NCBI GenBank assembly: GCA_036495145.1
Contig: DASXNJ010000287.1
Coordinates: 1-38,578 of the forward strand
Direction of reading: 5' to 3'
DNA from: Puia sp.
GTDB lineage: Bacteria; Bacteroidota; Bacteroidia; Chitinophagales; Chitinophagaceae
DNA length: 38,578 nucleotides
Made by a program: the position numbers and the translations under genes. Of the stretch, positions 28,230 through 38,378 are shown in pieces. A model generated the notes under the pieces. That model had not been told where the DNA came from, searched no databases, and was given only the letters and a program-made list of their open reading frames with translations. Numbering within the stretch: position 1 is the stretch's first letter; each line of letters opens with the position of its first letter.

Positions 28230-28263
28230 CGCCGCCAGAATTCCATAACAAAATAATTTGTCG

Positions 28264-29037
28264 ATGAATTTTACACTCAGCCAGATGCCGGAGAGAGTTA
28301 AAAAACCCCGGGACCATGGCATTACCATGGTAATGGATAAGGGATTAAGCATTGAAGAAACAAAAAACTTCCTGAGCATCGCCGGTCCATATGTAGATGT
28401 CGTTAAACTTGGATTCGGAACTTCTTATGTTACACCGGATCTCAAGAAAAAACTTGAAGTTTACCGGAATGCAGACATTCCCATATATTTCGGTGGTACT
28501 TTTTTCGAAGCATGTCTTATTCGTAATCAACTGGAAGAATATATCAGTGCCTGCAAGGATTATGGTGTCACTTATATGGAAGTAAGTGATGGTTCCGTCA
28601 ATATTGAGCACAAAGAAAAATGCAAACTGATTGAACGTCTCACCAAACACGCTGTAGTGCTTAGTGAAGTGGGCAGTAAAGATGCAGCTCATATTATTCC
28701 TCCTTACAAATGGATTGAACTCATGCGCGCGGAACTGAACGCCGGGTCGACCTATGTGATTGCGGAGGCAAGGGAAGCAGGCAATGTGGGAATTTATCGG
28801 GGCACGGGTGAGGTTCGGGAAGGGCTGGTGCAGGAAATTCTGACCCAGATTCCGGCGGAAAAAATTCTTTGGGAAGCTCCACAGAAATCACAACAATTAT
28901 ATTTTATTGAGCTGGTGGGAGCAAACGTAAACCTGGGTAATATCTCCCCCAATGAAATGATCGCACTCGAAGCTATGCGCATCGGTCTTCGCGGCGATAC
29001 CTTTGATCTGTTCCTCGACAAAAAGGAAAAGAAATGA
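28264..29037 (+). CDS. comA: Phosphosulfolactate synthase (ComA family)
   Basis: KPRDHGITMVMDKG, VKLGFGT, EVSDG, SEVGSK, EARE, WEAP, NVNLGNI, LEAMRIGLRGDT. Confidence 0.88.
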   Translation: MNFTLSQMPERVKKPRDHGITMVMDKGLSIEETKNFLSIAGPYVDVVKLGFGTSYVTPDLKKKLEVYRNADIPIYFGGTFFEACLIRNQLEEYISACKDYGVTYMEVSDGSVNIEHKEKCKLIERLTKHAVVLSEVGSKDAAHIIPPYKWIELMRAELNAGSTYVIAEAREAGNVGIYRGTGEVREGLVQEILTQIPAEKILWEAPQKSQQLYFIELVGANVNLGNISPNEMIALEAMRIGLRGDTFDLFLDKKEKK

Positions 29038-29777
29038 GAAAGTTCGGCCTGATCGGCTACCCGTTGGGCCATTCTTTTTCCGTAAATTATTTCAGGGAAA
29101 AATTCAGGAAGGATTCCATTTCAGAATGTCTTTATTCCAATTATGAAATAGATTCAATAACCTTACTTCCGGAAATTCTTGAAGATCCGGATCTGGAAGG
29201 ATTGAATGTGACCATACCTTATAAGGAATCCGTCATTTCATTTCTTGATAAAAAAGATCCTGTCGTCACTGCCATCGGAGCCAGTAACTGTATCCGGATT
29301 TCAAAAGGAGAAATTACCGGATTCAATACAGACGTGATTGGTTTTGAGAAGTCGCTTGTTGAAAAAATAGCCGGTGCCGACCAATATGCATTAATCCTTG
29401 GAACGGGTGGTTCTTCGAAAGCCGTTGCCTGGGTATTGCAAAAGCTGGGCATTCGTTATTTGTATGTTTCCAGAAATAATTCAGAAAATCCGGGTCAGGT
29501 TTCATATTCGGACCTCACGCCGGAGATCATGCGCAAACATACCCTCATTATCAATACGACTCCGCTTGGCATGTTTCCGGATATTGGCACCTGTGCGTCT
29601 GTTCCCTTCGAATTTATCGGACCTGGGCACTATCTTTTTGATCTGGTGTATAATCCGTCAAAAACCTTGTTTCTTGAAAAAGGAGAATCAAAGGGTGCCA
29701 GGATAAAAAACGGTGCTGACATGCTGGCCATACAGGCTGAAGCGAGCTGGGAAATCTGGAACAGATCAAAAGCCTGA
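29034..29777 (+). CDS. aroE: Shikimate dehydrogenase
   Basis: GYPLGHSFS, NVTIPYK, NTD, GTGG, NTTPLGM, DLVYNP, MLAIQA. Confidence 0.94.
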   Translation: MRKFGLIGYPLGHSFSVNYFREKFRKDSISECLYSNYEIDSITLLPEILEDPDLEGLNVTIPYKESVISFLDKKDPVVTAIGASNCIRISKGEITGFNTDVIGFEKSLVEKIAGADQYALILGTGGSSKAVAWVLQKLGIRYLYVSRNNSENPGQVSYSDLTPEIMRKHTLIINTTPLGMFPDIGTCASVPFEFIGPGHYLFDLVYNPSKTLFLEKGESKGARIKNGADMLAIQAEASWEIWNRSKA

Positions 29778-29805
29778 AATGAGTGTGGCGAATGTGGAAA
29801 GCGTA

Positions 29806-30246
29806 TTAATTTCCGCCCTTGAGTTTTTTTTCTGCATTCTCCGGCAATGGAATTACTTTCCTCAGACCGTAATCAAAACAAACCATAGCTGTTTTTACAA
29901 TAGCCACCAGGAGCGGTGCCTGATCTTCGGTTTTTTTTTCCATTTTATAAATCATGTCGAAGCCCACACGGCTGAATTCGACTGCCCTTAAGCTGATCAG
30001 CAATTCGTCTCCATAATAAATTTCGTTTTTGAAAACCAAAGCAGCATCCGCCATGATCAGGCCCGCACCATCCAGATTGAGTTCGCTGTAACCCAGTGAT
30101 TGCAGATAACGAACACGGGCTTCATGAGCAAAACTAAGTACGGTATCGTTTCCTGCGTGCGCTCCGTAATTCAGGTCGGTGATGCGAACAGCAAAGGAGG
30201 TAATGAAAGAAAAAGATTCCGGAAGATCTATTTTAACTCTGGCCAT
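29806..30246 (-). CDS. Hot-dog-fold acyl-CoA thioesterase family protein
   Basis: VRITDLNYGAHAGND, HEAR, FDY...K..PLP. Confidence 0.87.
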   Translation of the reverse strand: MARVKIDLPESFSFITSFAVRITDLNYGAHAGNDTVLSFAHEARVRYLQSLGYSELNLDGAGLIMADAALVFKNEIYYGDELLISLRAVEFSRVGFDMIYKMEKKTEDQAPLLVAIVKTAMVCFDYGLRKVIPLPENAEKKLKGGN

Positions 30247-30835
30247 CGTTGGATTCTGTTTGGGTTTTTAAAAAAACAATCAGCTGATCGCCTGCTTTGC
30301 GGCGATGACTGTAAAAATTCTTTTCTTCTTCGTTCATTTCTCCAAAACTTCTATCGGAACCATCTGGCCGAAATACCGGATCATAACCAAACCCGCCACT
30401 TCCGGATGGAGTTCGAAGTATTTGTCCTTCGCAACGGCCCTCAAAAAAATATTCTTTACCATGCAGGATCAGACAAATGACCGTCGTAAATCTGGCCCGG
30501 CGATTGGATGAATCTGTCATGGCCCTGAGAAGTTTCTTCACATTGTTTGCCGGATCGGGGGGTTCACCGGAATACCGGGCGCTATGAACGCCGGGTTCGC
30601 CTCCCAGAACATCCACTTCCAGACCAGTATCCTCACTGAAACAATTCTCTCCTCCCGTTAGCTGACTGACCATTTTCGCTTTAGAACGGGCATTATCTTT
30701 CAATGTGAGAAACGGTTCCGGCAATTCCTGAAATATCCCGGCTTCCTTTAGTGATTCGATTTCCAGTTTCGATCCAATGGCAGAACGGAGCTCCTGCAGC
30801 TTATGCGGGTTATTACTGGCGAAAATCAATTTCAC
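30233..30835 (-). CDS. rdgB: RdgB/HAM1 non-canonical purine NTP pyrophosphatase
   Basis: ASNNPHKLQE, SEDTGL, PGVHSARY, GFGYDPVF, KNFYSHR. GTG start overlaps the upstream TGA. Confidence 0.95.
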   Translation of the reverse strand: MKLIFASNNPHKLQELRSAIGSKLEIESLKEAGIFQELPEPFLTLKDNARSKAKMVSQLTGGENCFSEDTGLEVDVLGGEPGVHSARYSGEPPDPANNVKKLLRAMTDSSNRRARFTTVICLILHGKEYFFEGRCEGQILRTPSGSGGFGYDPVFRPDGSDRSFGEMNEEEKNFYSHRRKAGDQLIVFLKTQTESNDGQS

Positions 30836-31365
30836 AAAGCAAATAATTTTTTGAGACATGTCCAGAGACGTTGCTTCAATTCAGTGCCTTCAGAACTGTC
30901 TCCGCTCATTAAGTCAGGACCTGATACCGGGATTACGGAAATTCCGTCCAGCAAAGTTATGCTGAAGTCAGGCTGGCTGGAATTCAGTCCGACCGTTGTC
31001 GGTGGAATCCCCCACAGAAATATTATTCGCGGATTGAACTGGATTCTTAATTCAGCGAGATCAAATGGTATTCGGGCAATATTCAGTAGCGCGATATCGT
31101 TGAGATTGTATTTGCAGGCAGCAAGTATTTTTTGAAGAAAGACGAGTTGGTCTGCCGGCAGGAAATCTCCTTCCTGGTAGTTTGTCAGAAAGCAGATGGA
31201 ACGATTATTTTCCCCCAGAAAGGGGTAGGCGATTCTGGGTTCCGCAACCGTCGTTGATATCCTGCCGTTCTCTGTTAGCAGTACAGACTGATTTCCGTCA
31301 ATCAGTGATTCAGGATAAAGGGCTGCGATCAATTCGGAAGTAAGCCGGAGATTATTGATTCCCAT
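30832..31365 (-). CDS. Hypothetical protein (distant DNA polymerase III psi / UDG-like fold)
   Basis: Start at MGINNL avoids overlap with ilvE; FLQKILAAC...DIALLN and KQRLWTCLK resemble psi-like proteins (weak). Confidence 0.65.
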   Translation of the reverse strand: MGINNLRLTSELIAALYPESLIDGNQSVLLTENGRISTTVAEPRIAYPFLGENNRSICFLTNYQEGDFLPADQLVFLQKILAACKYNLNDIALLNIARIPFDLAELRIQFNPRIIFLWGIPPTTVGLNSSQPDFSITLLDGISVIPVSGPDLMSGDSSEGTELKQRLWTCLKKLFAL

Positions 31366-31444
31366 AAAAATGCATGAAAAATGATGAGGGGTTTTGTACG
31401 CTGATAGAATGTTTTGTTTCTTTGTAATATCAAAATTAGTATTT

Positions 31445-32509
31445 ATGATGGAGACGATGGATATACCGGTTTTAAAGGTAAAGAGAAGCAGGCTGGCAGA
31501 AACGGATTTTGACGACCTGCCTTTTGGAAAATATTTCAGCGACCACATGCTCGAAGCAGAATATGCCGACGGTGAATGGAAGCTTGTTTCCATCAAACCT
31601 TATCAACCGATCACTATCGAACCGTCTATGATGGCACTCCATTATGGTCAGTCGATCTTCGAAGGGATCAAAGCGTACCGCAGAGATAATGGGGAAGCTT
31701 TTATTTTTCGCCCCTACGACAATATGAGGCGGTTTAATATTTCTGCCGACAGAATGGATATGCCAATGGTGCCGGAAGATATTTTTATTGAAGGTATGCG
31801 TCAGTTGATCGCCATCGACAAGGAATGGATACCTGCGAAAGAAGATTATTCTTTATATATACGACCGTTTATGTTTGCGACGGACGCGACTCTGGGAGTG
31901 AAACCGTCGGAGACTTATAAGTTCATGATCCTGCTAAGCCCCACAGGGCCCTATTATTCTTCTCCGATGAAAATTCATGTGGAAGAAAAGTATACACGGG
32001 CCGCCCCGGGTGGCGTTGGATTTGCAAAAAATGCCGGGAACTACGGAGGTGCGCTGAAAGCAACTTCTGAAGCCAGGTTAAAAGGTTTTGATCAGGTATT
32101 GTGGACAGACGCTTTCGAACATAAATGGTTGCAGGAAGTTGGTACGATGAATGTATTTTTCATCTTTGGAAATACGGCGGTTACGCCCTCACTGGAAGAA
32201 GGTACGATTCTGGAAGGTGTTACCCGGGATAGTGTCATGACGGTTCTGAGGGAACAGGGATTAACCGTTGAAGAAAGAAAAATCAATATAGATGAAGTGG
32301 TGGAAGGGTACAAAAGCGGAAAACTGACCGAAATATTTGGCTCCGGAACAGCTGCTACCATTTCCCCGCTCAGGGAACTCCGTTATAAAGATTACAGCAT
32401 GCAACTGGATGTTGCTTCTTATAAAACCGGACCCATGGCTAAAAAAATCCTTACCGAAATCAGGGAAGGCAAAAGACCGGATATCCATGGCTGGCTGGTA
32501 AAAGTTTAG
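31445..32509 (+). CDS. ilvE: Branched-chain amino acid aminotransferase
   Basis: [27 protein letters not shown] lysine AKNAGNY, EVGTMN, ILEGVTR, GSGTAA. Confidence 0.96.
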   Translation: MMETMDIPVLKVKRSRLAETDFDDLPFGKYFSDHMLEAEYADGEWKLVSIKPYQPITIEPSMMALHYGQSIFEGIKAYRRDNGEAFIFRPYDNMRRFNISADRMDMPMVPEDIFIEGMRQLIAIDKEWIPAKEDYSLYIRPFMFATDATLGVKPSETYKFMILLSPTGPYYSSPMKIHVEEKYTRAAPGGVGFAKNAGNYGGALKATSEARLKGFDQVLWTDAFEHKWLQEVGTMNVFFIFGNTAVTPSLEEGTILEGVTRDSVMTVLREQGLTVEERKINIDEVVEGYKSGKLTEIFGSGTAATISPLRELRYKDYSMQLDVASYKTGPMAKKILTEIREGKRPDIHGWLVKV

Positions 32510-32521
32510 GAACAACATTAA

Positions 32522-32553
32522 TTTGGAGAATCCCGGCCTGCCCGTTACCTTTG
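32522..32553 (+). promoter_or_regulatory. Bacteroidota housekeeping promoter for rpsL-rpsG
   Basis: TTTG 32522-32525, 20-nt spacer, TACCTTTG 32546-32553. Confidence 0.8.
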
Positions 32554-32580
32554 CCGTCCCAAAATTCAAACAGGTTCCGA

Positions 32581-32979
32581 ATGCCTACTATACAACAATT
32601 AGTTAGAAAAGGAAGGGAGATCATCCGCGCAAAAAGTAAGTCCAGGGCTCTGGATAGCTGTCCCCAGCGACGTGGCGTTTGTACCCGTGTGTACACTACA
32701 ACGCCTAAAAAGCCGAATTCTGCCCTCCGTAAGGTAGCTAAAGTGCGGTTAACCAACAAGATCGAAGTGATCGCCTACATCCCCGGTGAAGGCCATAATC
32801 TGCAGGAACACAGCATCGTACTGATCCGCGGAGGCCGTGTTAAGGATCTTCCGGGTGTACGTTATCATATCGTTCGCGGATCACTCGATACCGCCGGCGT
32901 AAAAGATCGTAAGAAGAGCCGCTCAAAATACGGAACCAAGAAAGAAAAGGCGGGTGCAAAACCAGCTGCCAAGAAATAA
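32581..32979 (+). CDS. rpsL: 30S ribosomal protein S12
   Basis: [34 protein letters not shown]. Confidence 0.99.
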   Translation: MPTIQQLVRKGREIIRAKSKSRALDSCPQRRGVCTRVYTTTPKKPNSALRKVAKVRLTNKIEVIAYIPGEGHNLQEHSIVLIRGGRVKDLPGVRYHIVRGSLDTAGVKDRKKSRSKYGTKKEKAGAKPAAKK

Positions 32980-33004
32980 TCAAATTTTTAATTACAAATA
33001 ACTC

Positions 33005-33472
33005 ATGAGGAAGTCACAGGCCAAAAAATTACCACTCGCTCCGGATGCAAAATATAACGACATCCTGGTTACGCGTTTTGTAAATAACCTGATGTGGCAG
33101 GGCAAGAAAAATACGGCTTTCGGTCTTTTTTACGATGCCATCGACCGCGTTTCAAAACAAAGCAACGATAACGGGTACGAAATCTGGAGAAGGGCCCTGA
33201 ACAATGTTACACCAGCCGTGGAAGTTCGAAGCCGTCGCATCGGCGGAGCTACTTTTCAGATTCCTGCAGAAGTTCGTGCTGACCGTAAAATTTCACTGAG
33301 TATCAAGTGGCTGATCCGTTTTAGCCGGGAAAGAAACGGAAAGAGCATGGCCGATAAACTCGCAGGGGAAATCCTCGCGGCCAGTAAGGGTGAAGGCGGT
33401 GCATTCAAGAAGAAAGAAGATACACACAGAATGGCTGAAGCCAACAAGGCTTTCGCTCATTTCAGGATATAA
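33005..33472 (+). CDS. rpsG: 30S ribosomal protein S7
   Basis: [30 protein letters not shown]. Confidence 0.99.
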   Translation: MRKSQAKKLPLAPDAKYNDILVTRFVNNLMWQGKKNTAFGLFYDAIDRVSKQSNDNGYEIWRRALNNVTPAVEVRSRRIGGATFQIPAEVRADRKISLSIKWLIRFSRERNGKSMADKLAGEILAASKGEGGAFKKKEDTHRMAEANKAFAHFRI

Positions 33473-33495
33473 CAGCATTTTACGCTTGTCTAACG

Positions 33496-33524
33496 AATCT
33501 CCCGCCCTGTCGGGAGATTTTTTT
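33496..33524 (+). terminator. Intrinsic terminator after rpsG
   Basis: aatctcccg / cgggagatt 9-bp stem followed by a T run. Confidence 0.85.
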
Positions 33525-33766
33525 ATATAGCCCGGCTAACACTGCCTTCATTTTACCCATTCTGAGAAGGAATTAAAGATTGTGGCATTGTTTCGCATCA
33601 TCGTTCGTTCGAACGTTATCTGATTCAAAAATATAACTGATGTAAGACTTTGATGTGAATTGTAAAGGGCTTTATTAATGCATATAAAACAGCCATAAAT
33701 CGTGTTGAATATGATCAATCGGGCCCATTCATTTGACCACATTTTTTAACGAACCACATCTCCACA

Positions 33767-33800
33767 TTTGCGCTTTATTCCGGAAAATTTGGTACCTTTG
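33767..33800 (+). promoter_or_regulatory. Dedicated promoter for fusA
   Basis: TTTG 33767-33770 and TACCTTTG 33793-33800. Confidence 0.7.
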
Positions 33801-33834
33801 CGCACCTAAAGAAAAATACTTTTAATTAACAAAA

Positions 33835-35985
33835 ATGGCAGACTTAAAATTCCAGAGAAATTTCGGTATTGCGGCTCATATCGACGCCGGAAAAACAACT
33901 ACCACCGAGCGTATCCTGCGTTATACCGGTATGATTCATAAGATCGGTGAAGTGCACGACGGAGCGGCTACTACCGACTGGATGGATCAGGAAAAAGAAA
34001 GAGGAATTACCATCACTTCGGCTGCCGTAAGTTGCCAGTGGAACTTTCCGACAGATAAAGGGAAAGTGGATGCCAATACCAAAAAATACAATTTTAATAT
34101 TATTGATACGCCGGGCCACGTGGATTTTACCGTGGAAGTGGAAAGATCCCTGCGTGTACTTGACGGATTGATCGCGCTGTTTTCAGCCGTAGACGGTGTG
34201 GAACCACAGTCTGAAACCGTTTGGCGCCAGGCAAACCGTTATAAGGTTCCCAGAATCGGGTTCGTAAATAAAATGGACCGTTCAGGTGCGGACTTCCTGA
34301 TGGTCGTTACCCAGGTGAAGGAAATGCTGGGGGCGAATGCGGTTCCCCTGCAGTTGCCGATTGGTGCCGAAGATGATTTCAAAGGCGTAGTCGACCTGAT
34401 CAGAATGAAAGGGATTATCTGGCATATGGAAACAGAAGGTATGACCTTCGATGAAATTCCAATTCCTGACGATTTGATGGAAGAAGCTAAAGAATGGAGA
34501 GCAAAACTGGTTGAAGCCGTTGCTGAATATGATGACAAATTGCTGGAGAAATTCTTCGTAGATCCCAATAGCATTTCCGAAGATGAAATGCACGAAGCCA
34601 TCCGTAAAGCAACGATCGACCTGAGCATTGTTCCGATGATGTGCGGTTCTTCATTCAAAAACAAAGGAGTACAAACCGCCCTGGATGCCGTTTGCCGTTA
34701 TCTGCCTTCACCAATTGACCTGGAAGATACCCAGGGTACTGATCCGAATACCGGTGAAATCATTTCCCGTAAACCAGATCCAAAAGAACCATTTGCAGCA
34801 CTGGCATTTAAGATCATGACGGATCCGTTTGTCGGACGGCTTGCTTTCTTCCGTTGTTATAGCGGTCGGCTTGAGTCTGGTTCTTATGTTTTGAATGTTC
34901 GTAGTGGTAAGAAAGAACGTATCAGCCGGATCATGAAGATGTTTGCCAATAAGCAGAATCCCATCGATTTTATCGAAGCCGGTGATATCGGTGCGGCAGT
35001 AGGCTTTAAAGAAATCAAAACCGGAGATACCCTATGTGATGAAGATTTTCCAATCACCCTGGAAAATATGTTTATTCCCGAACCGGTTATTGCGGTGGCA
35101 GTAGAGCCAAAGACACAGGCGGATGTAGATAAAATGGGCCTGGCTATTTCCAAGCTCGTTGAAGAAGATCCGACTCTGCGCGTTAATACCGATGAGGAAA
35201 CCGGACAGACGATTCTGCGGGGTATGGGTGAACTCCATCTGGAAATCATCATCGAACGTATGCGTCGTGAATTTAAAGTAGATGTAAACCAGGGTGCTCC
35301 CCAGGTGGCATATAAAGAAGCGTTTAATACAACTATTGAACACCGCGAAGTGCTGAAGAAACAAACAGGCGGCCGCGGTAAATTCGCCGATATCCAGTTT
35401 GCGATCGGGCCTGCAGATGAAGAATGGATAAAGGAAAATGAAGGAAAACATTTCCAGTTTGTGAATGATATTTTCGGCGGATCCATTCCCAAGGAATTCA
35501 TTCCGGCCATCTCAAAAGGTTTTGAAGTTTCCATGGTGACCGGCGTTTTAGCGGGTTATCCAATGACCAATATGAAAGTTCGCGTGTTTGACGGAAGTTA
35601 TCATGATGTGGATTCCGACGCAATGAGTTTTGAAATTTGTGCCAGGTCTGCATTCCGCGAAGCCGGCCGCAAGGCCAAACCCATTCTGCTGGAGCCGATC
35701 ATGAGAGTGGAAGTGCTTACGCCGGATCAGTATATGGGAGATGTTACCGGAGATCTCAACCGACGCCGGGGTATCCTGGAAGGGATGGACAGCAGAGCGA
35801 ATCTTCAGGTGATCAAAGCAAAAGTGCCTTTGAGTGAAATGTTTGGTTACGTGACCCAGTTAAGATCTCTGAGTTCCGGCCGAGCGACATCGACAATGGA
35901 ATTTTCCCATTATGCTCCTGCGCCGAATAATATCGCAGAAGAAGTAATCGCAAAAGTAAAAGGTAAGAGTAAGGTGACAGCCTGA
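33835..35985 (+). CDS. fusA: Elongation factor G
   Basis: [41 protein letters not shown]. Confidence 0.99.
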   Translation: MADLKFQRNFGIAAHIDAGKTTTTERILRYTGMIHKIGEVHDGAATTDWMDQEKERGITITSAAVSCQWNFPTDKGKVDANTKKYNFNIIDTPGHVDFTVEVERSLRVLDGLIALFSAVDGVEPQSETVWRQANRYKVPRIGFVNKMDRSGADFLMVVTQVKEMLGANAVPLQLPIGAEDDFKGVVDLIRMKGIIWHMETEGMTFDEIPIPDDLMEEAKEWRAKLVEAVAEYDDKLLEKFFVDPNSISEDEMHEAIRKATIDLSIVPMMCGSSFKNKGVQTALDAVCRYLPSPIDLEDTQGTDPNTGEIISRKPDPKEPFAALAFKIMTDPFVGRLAFFRCYSGRLESGSYVLNVRSGKKERISRIMKMFANKQNPIDFIEAGDIGAAVGFKEIKTGDTLCDEDFPITLENMFIPEPVIAVAVEPKTQADVDKMGLAISKLVEEDPTLRVNTDEETGQTILRGMGELHLEIIIERMRREFKVDVNQGAPQVAYKEAFNTTIEHREVLKKQTGGRGKFADIQFAIGPADEEWIKENEGKHFQFVNDIFGGSIPKEFIPAISKGFEVSMVTGVLAGYPMTNMKVRVFDGSYHDVDSDAMSFEICARSAFREAGRKAKPILLEPIMRVEVLTPDQYMGDVTGDLNRRRGILEGMDSRANLQVIKAKVPLSEMFGYVTQLRSLSSGRATSTMEFSHYAPAPNNIAEEVIAKVKGKSKVTA

Positions 35986-36007
35986 TCTTTCATAATATTA
36001 AATTCGG

Positions 36008-36035
36008 AGTCCCGCCAACGGCGGGACTTTTTTTT
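36008..36035 (+). terminator. Intrinsic terminator after fusA
   Basis: agtcccgcc-aac-ggcgggact stem-loop followed by a T run. Confidence 0.9.
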
Positions 36036-36092
36036 GAACGGCAACGGCGGCTACTGCCAATTGATTATTTTTCCGGACAAATTATCTATACG

Positions 36093-38294
36093 ATGAAATC
36101 CCTGCCTCATTACAAATTTCCTTTCTTCCTGATATTGATAACATTTACTTTTTCGGCTTCCGCTCAATTGGATGACCGGATGATATGGAGTGCGGACGGG
36201 AATAGTTTTTATTCCAGTGATGATGGCGCCATTAATACCTTCAATCTGATAAACCGGAAACAGGAGATCCTTGTTTCGCCGGAACGTCTCACACCAGCAG
36301 GCAATAATCAGCCATTGGAAATTAAAAGCTTTTCTTTTTCCAAAGACTACAGGAAAATCCTGATTTATACGAATTCAAAAAAAGTATGGCGCTATGAAAC
36401 GCGCGGTGATTATTGGGTTTATAATATATCAGATTCATCGCTGAGGCAATTGGGGAAAACCCTGCCAGCGTCTTCTCTCATGTTTGCGAAATTTTCTCCG
36501 GATGGCTCCAGGGCTGCCTATGTCAGCGGACATAATATTTATGTAGAAGACCTCGGTTCACAGAGCATCCGACCTCTTACCACGAATGGTTCACGTAAAA
36601 TGATCAACGGCACATTCGACTGGGTGTACGAAGAAGAGCTCAATTGCCGGGATGGATTCCGATGGAGTCCGGACAGCCGTTCCATTGCCTATTGGCAGAT
36701 CAACGATAGCAGTACGCGGGATTATTACATGCTGAACACAACCGATTCTGTTTATTCACGTGTGATTCCGGTGGAATATCCGGTGGCAGGACAGAGGCCG
36801 TCTCCGTTCAAAATAGGAGTCGTACAGATCAGCGATTCAAAAACACAGTGGATGAAAATTCCGGCAGATGATAAAAACGGAAGTTATTTACCAAGGATGG
36901 AATGGGCAGCGAACAGTTCTGAACTGATCGTTCAGCGTCTCAACAGAAGTCAGAATGTTTCCGATATCATGATGTGTAATGCAAAAAAGGGTGATGTCAG
37001 ATTGATCTATAGTGAAAAAGACAAGGCCTGGATTGATGTTATTTCAGCATGGGATGATGAGTATAAAATGGGTGGCTGGGACTGGCTAAAAAACGGATCA
37101 GAGTTTCTCTGGGATAGTGACAAGGACGGATGGAGACATTTATATCGCGTCAGCCGGGATGGGAAAAATGAAGTGTTGATTACAAAAGGTTCATACGATG
37201 TGATTCAGATTTCATTGATTGACGAAAAAAATAATCTTCTGTATTTCATGGCATCGCCTGAAAATGCCACACAATCCTATCTATACCGCTGCCCCTTGGA
37301 TGGGAAGGGTGCTGCTGAAAGGATAACCCCTGCTGATCAACCAGGAACACATGAGTATGAACTATCGCCAAATGGAAAATTTGCGAGTAACATGTATTCC
37401 AATTATTATACAAAACCGCAACAGGAATGGATCACGCTGCCGGATCATCAGGTCCTGAGTGGTTCCCGGCCTGCTAGTCCTGCCAATGCAACTGACAGCA
37501 CTTCTTCCAACATTTCATTCTTTAAAGTTGTTACAGCAGACGGCGTAAGCATGGATGGATGGATCCAGAAACCCATTCATTTCGATCCAGCTAAAAAATA
37601 TCCTGTTTTGTTTTATGTTTATACGGAACCAGGCGGCCAAACCGTAAAAGATCATTTTGGAGTTACCAATTGCCATATATATCCCGGCGATCTGGCAAAA
37701 GACGGTTATATATATCTCTCTCTGGATAACAGAGGTACGCCTGCACCCAAGGGAGCTGCCTGGAGAAAAGCGATATACCGGAAAGTCGGCCAGATTAATA
37801 TTCATGATCAGGCTCAAGCTGCGATGGAAGTACTTCGCTGGCCGTTTATTGACACGTCACGAACCGCAGTCTGGGGATGGAGCGGAGGCGGTTCGGCGAC
37901 TTTGAACCTAATGTTTCAACATCCTGATATATATAAAACGGGCTTGGCTATAGCCGGATTGAACAATCTTCAGACTTATGATAATATATATGAGGAAAGG
38001 TATATGGGTAATCCACTGGAAACCATGGATGATTATATTAAGGGTTCGCCCATAACCTATGCTTCGCACCTGCGGGGAAACCTGTTATATGTACACGGAG
38101 GCGGAGATGACAATGTGCATTTCGATAATGCTGAAATGCTGGTCAATGAACTTGTGAAGTATAACAAGACCTTTCAGTTTATGGAATATCCGAACCGGAC
38201 GCATGCAATTAATGAAGGACCCGGCACAACCGAGCATCTGAATAATTTATTTAAATCCTTCCTGAATACGCATTGTCCGGGAGGTGGTAAATAA
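36093..38294 (+). CDS. S9B family dipeptidyl peptidase IV-like exported peptidase
   Basis: Signal peptide, DWVYEEE, nucleophile GWSGGG, DDNVH, NRTH catalytic triad. Confidence 0.94.
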   Translation: MKSLPHYKFPFFLILITFTFSASAQLDDRMIWSADGNSFYSSDDGAINTFNLINRKQEILVSPERLTPAGNNQPLEIKSFSFSKDYRKILIYTNSKKVWRYETRGDYWVYNISDSSLRQLGKTLPASSLMFAKFSPDGSRAAYVSGHNIYVEDLGSQSIRPLTTNGSRKMINGTFDWVYEEELNCRDGFRWSPDSRSIAYWQINDSSTRDYYMLNTTDSVYSRVIPVEYPVAGQRPSPFKIGVVQISDSKTQWMKIPADDKNGSYLPRMEWAANSSELIVQRLNRSQNVSDIMMCNAKKGDVRLIYSEKDKAWIDVISAWDDEYKMGGWDWLKNGSEFLWDSDKDGWRHLYRVSRDGKNEVLITKGSYDVIQISLIDEKNNLLYFMASPENATQSYLYRCPLDGKGAAERITPADQPGTHEYELSPNGKFASNMYSNYYTKPQQEWITLPDHQVLSGSRPASPANATDSTSSNISFFKVVTADGVSMDGWIQKPIHFDPAKKYPVLFYVYTEPGGQTVKDHFGVTNCHIYPGDLAKDGYIYLSLDNRGTPAPKGAAWRKAIYRKVGQINIHDQAQAAMEVLRWPFIDTSRTAVWGWSGGGSATLNLMFQHPDIYKTGLAIAGLNNLQTYDNIYEERYMGNPLETMDDYIKGSPITYASHLRGNLLYVHGGGDDNVHFDNAEMLVNELVKYNKTFQFMEYPNRTHAINEGPGTTEHLNNLFKSFLNTHCPGGGK

Positions 38295-38317
38295 TCTCCA
38301 AAAAACACCTGTAATTC

Positions 38318-38349
38318 TTTGACGGTTTATCCTTTAACCCATACCTTTG
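38318..38349 (+). promoter_or_regulatory. Dedicated promoter for rpsJ (S10 operon)
   Basis: TTTG 38318-38321, 20-nt spacer, TACCTTTG 38342-38349. Confidence 0.8.
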
Positions 38350-38378
38350 CATCCCGTTCAAAAAACGGGAATTGACAT

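Noticed and set aside
31366-31596. Head-to-head overlap of the 254-aa minus ORF with ilvE
   Set aside because: Disappears when starts at 31365 and 31445 are used.
32581-32979. Streptomycin-resistance alleles in rpsL
   Set aside because: PKKPNS and RVKDLP motifs are wild type.
33548-33742. 64-aa minus-strand ORF in the rpsG-fusA spacer
   Set aside because: No recognisable motif, promoter or family; probably spurious, though not excluded.
34239-35534. Long antisense ORFs within fusA (also within accC, mdh and the symporter)
   Set aside because: Expected from codon bias of the sense genes; no independent coding signal.
35986-36092. Missing tuf after fusA
   Set aside because: Normal for Bacteroidota, where tuf lies elsewhere.
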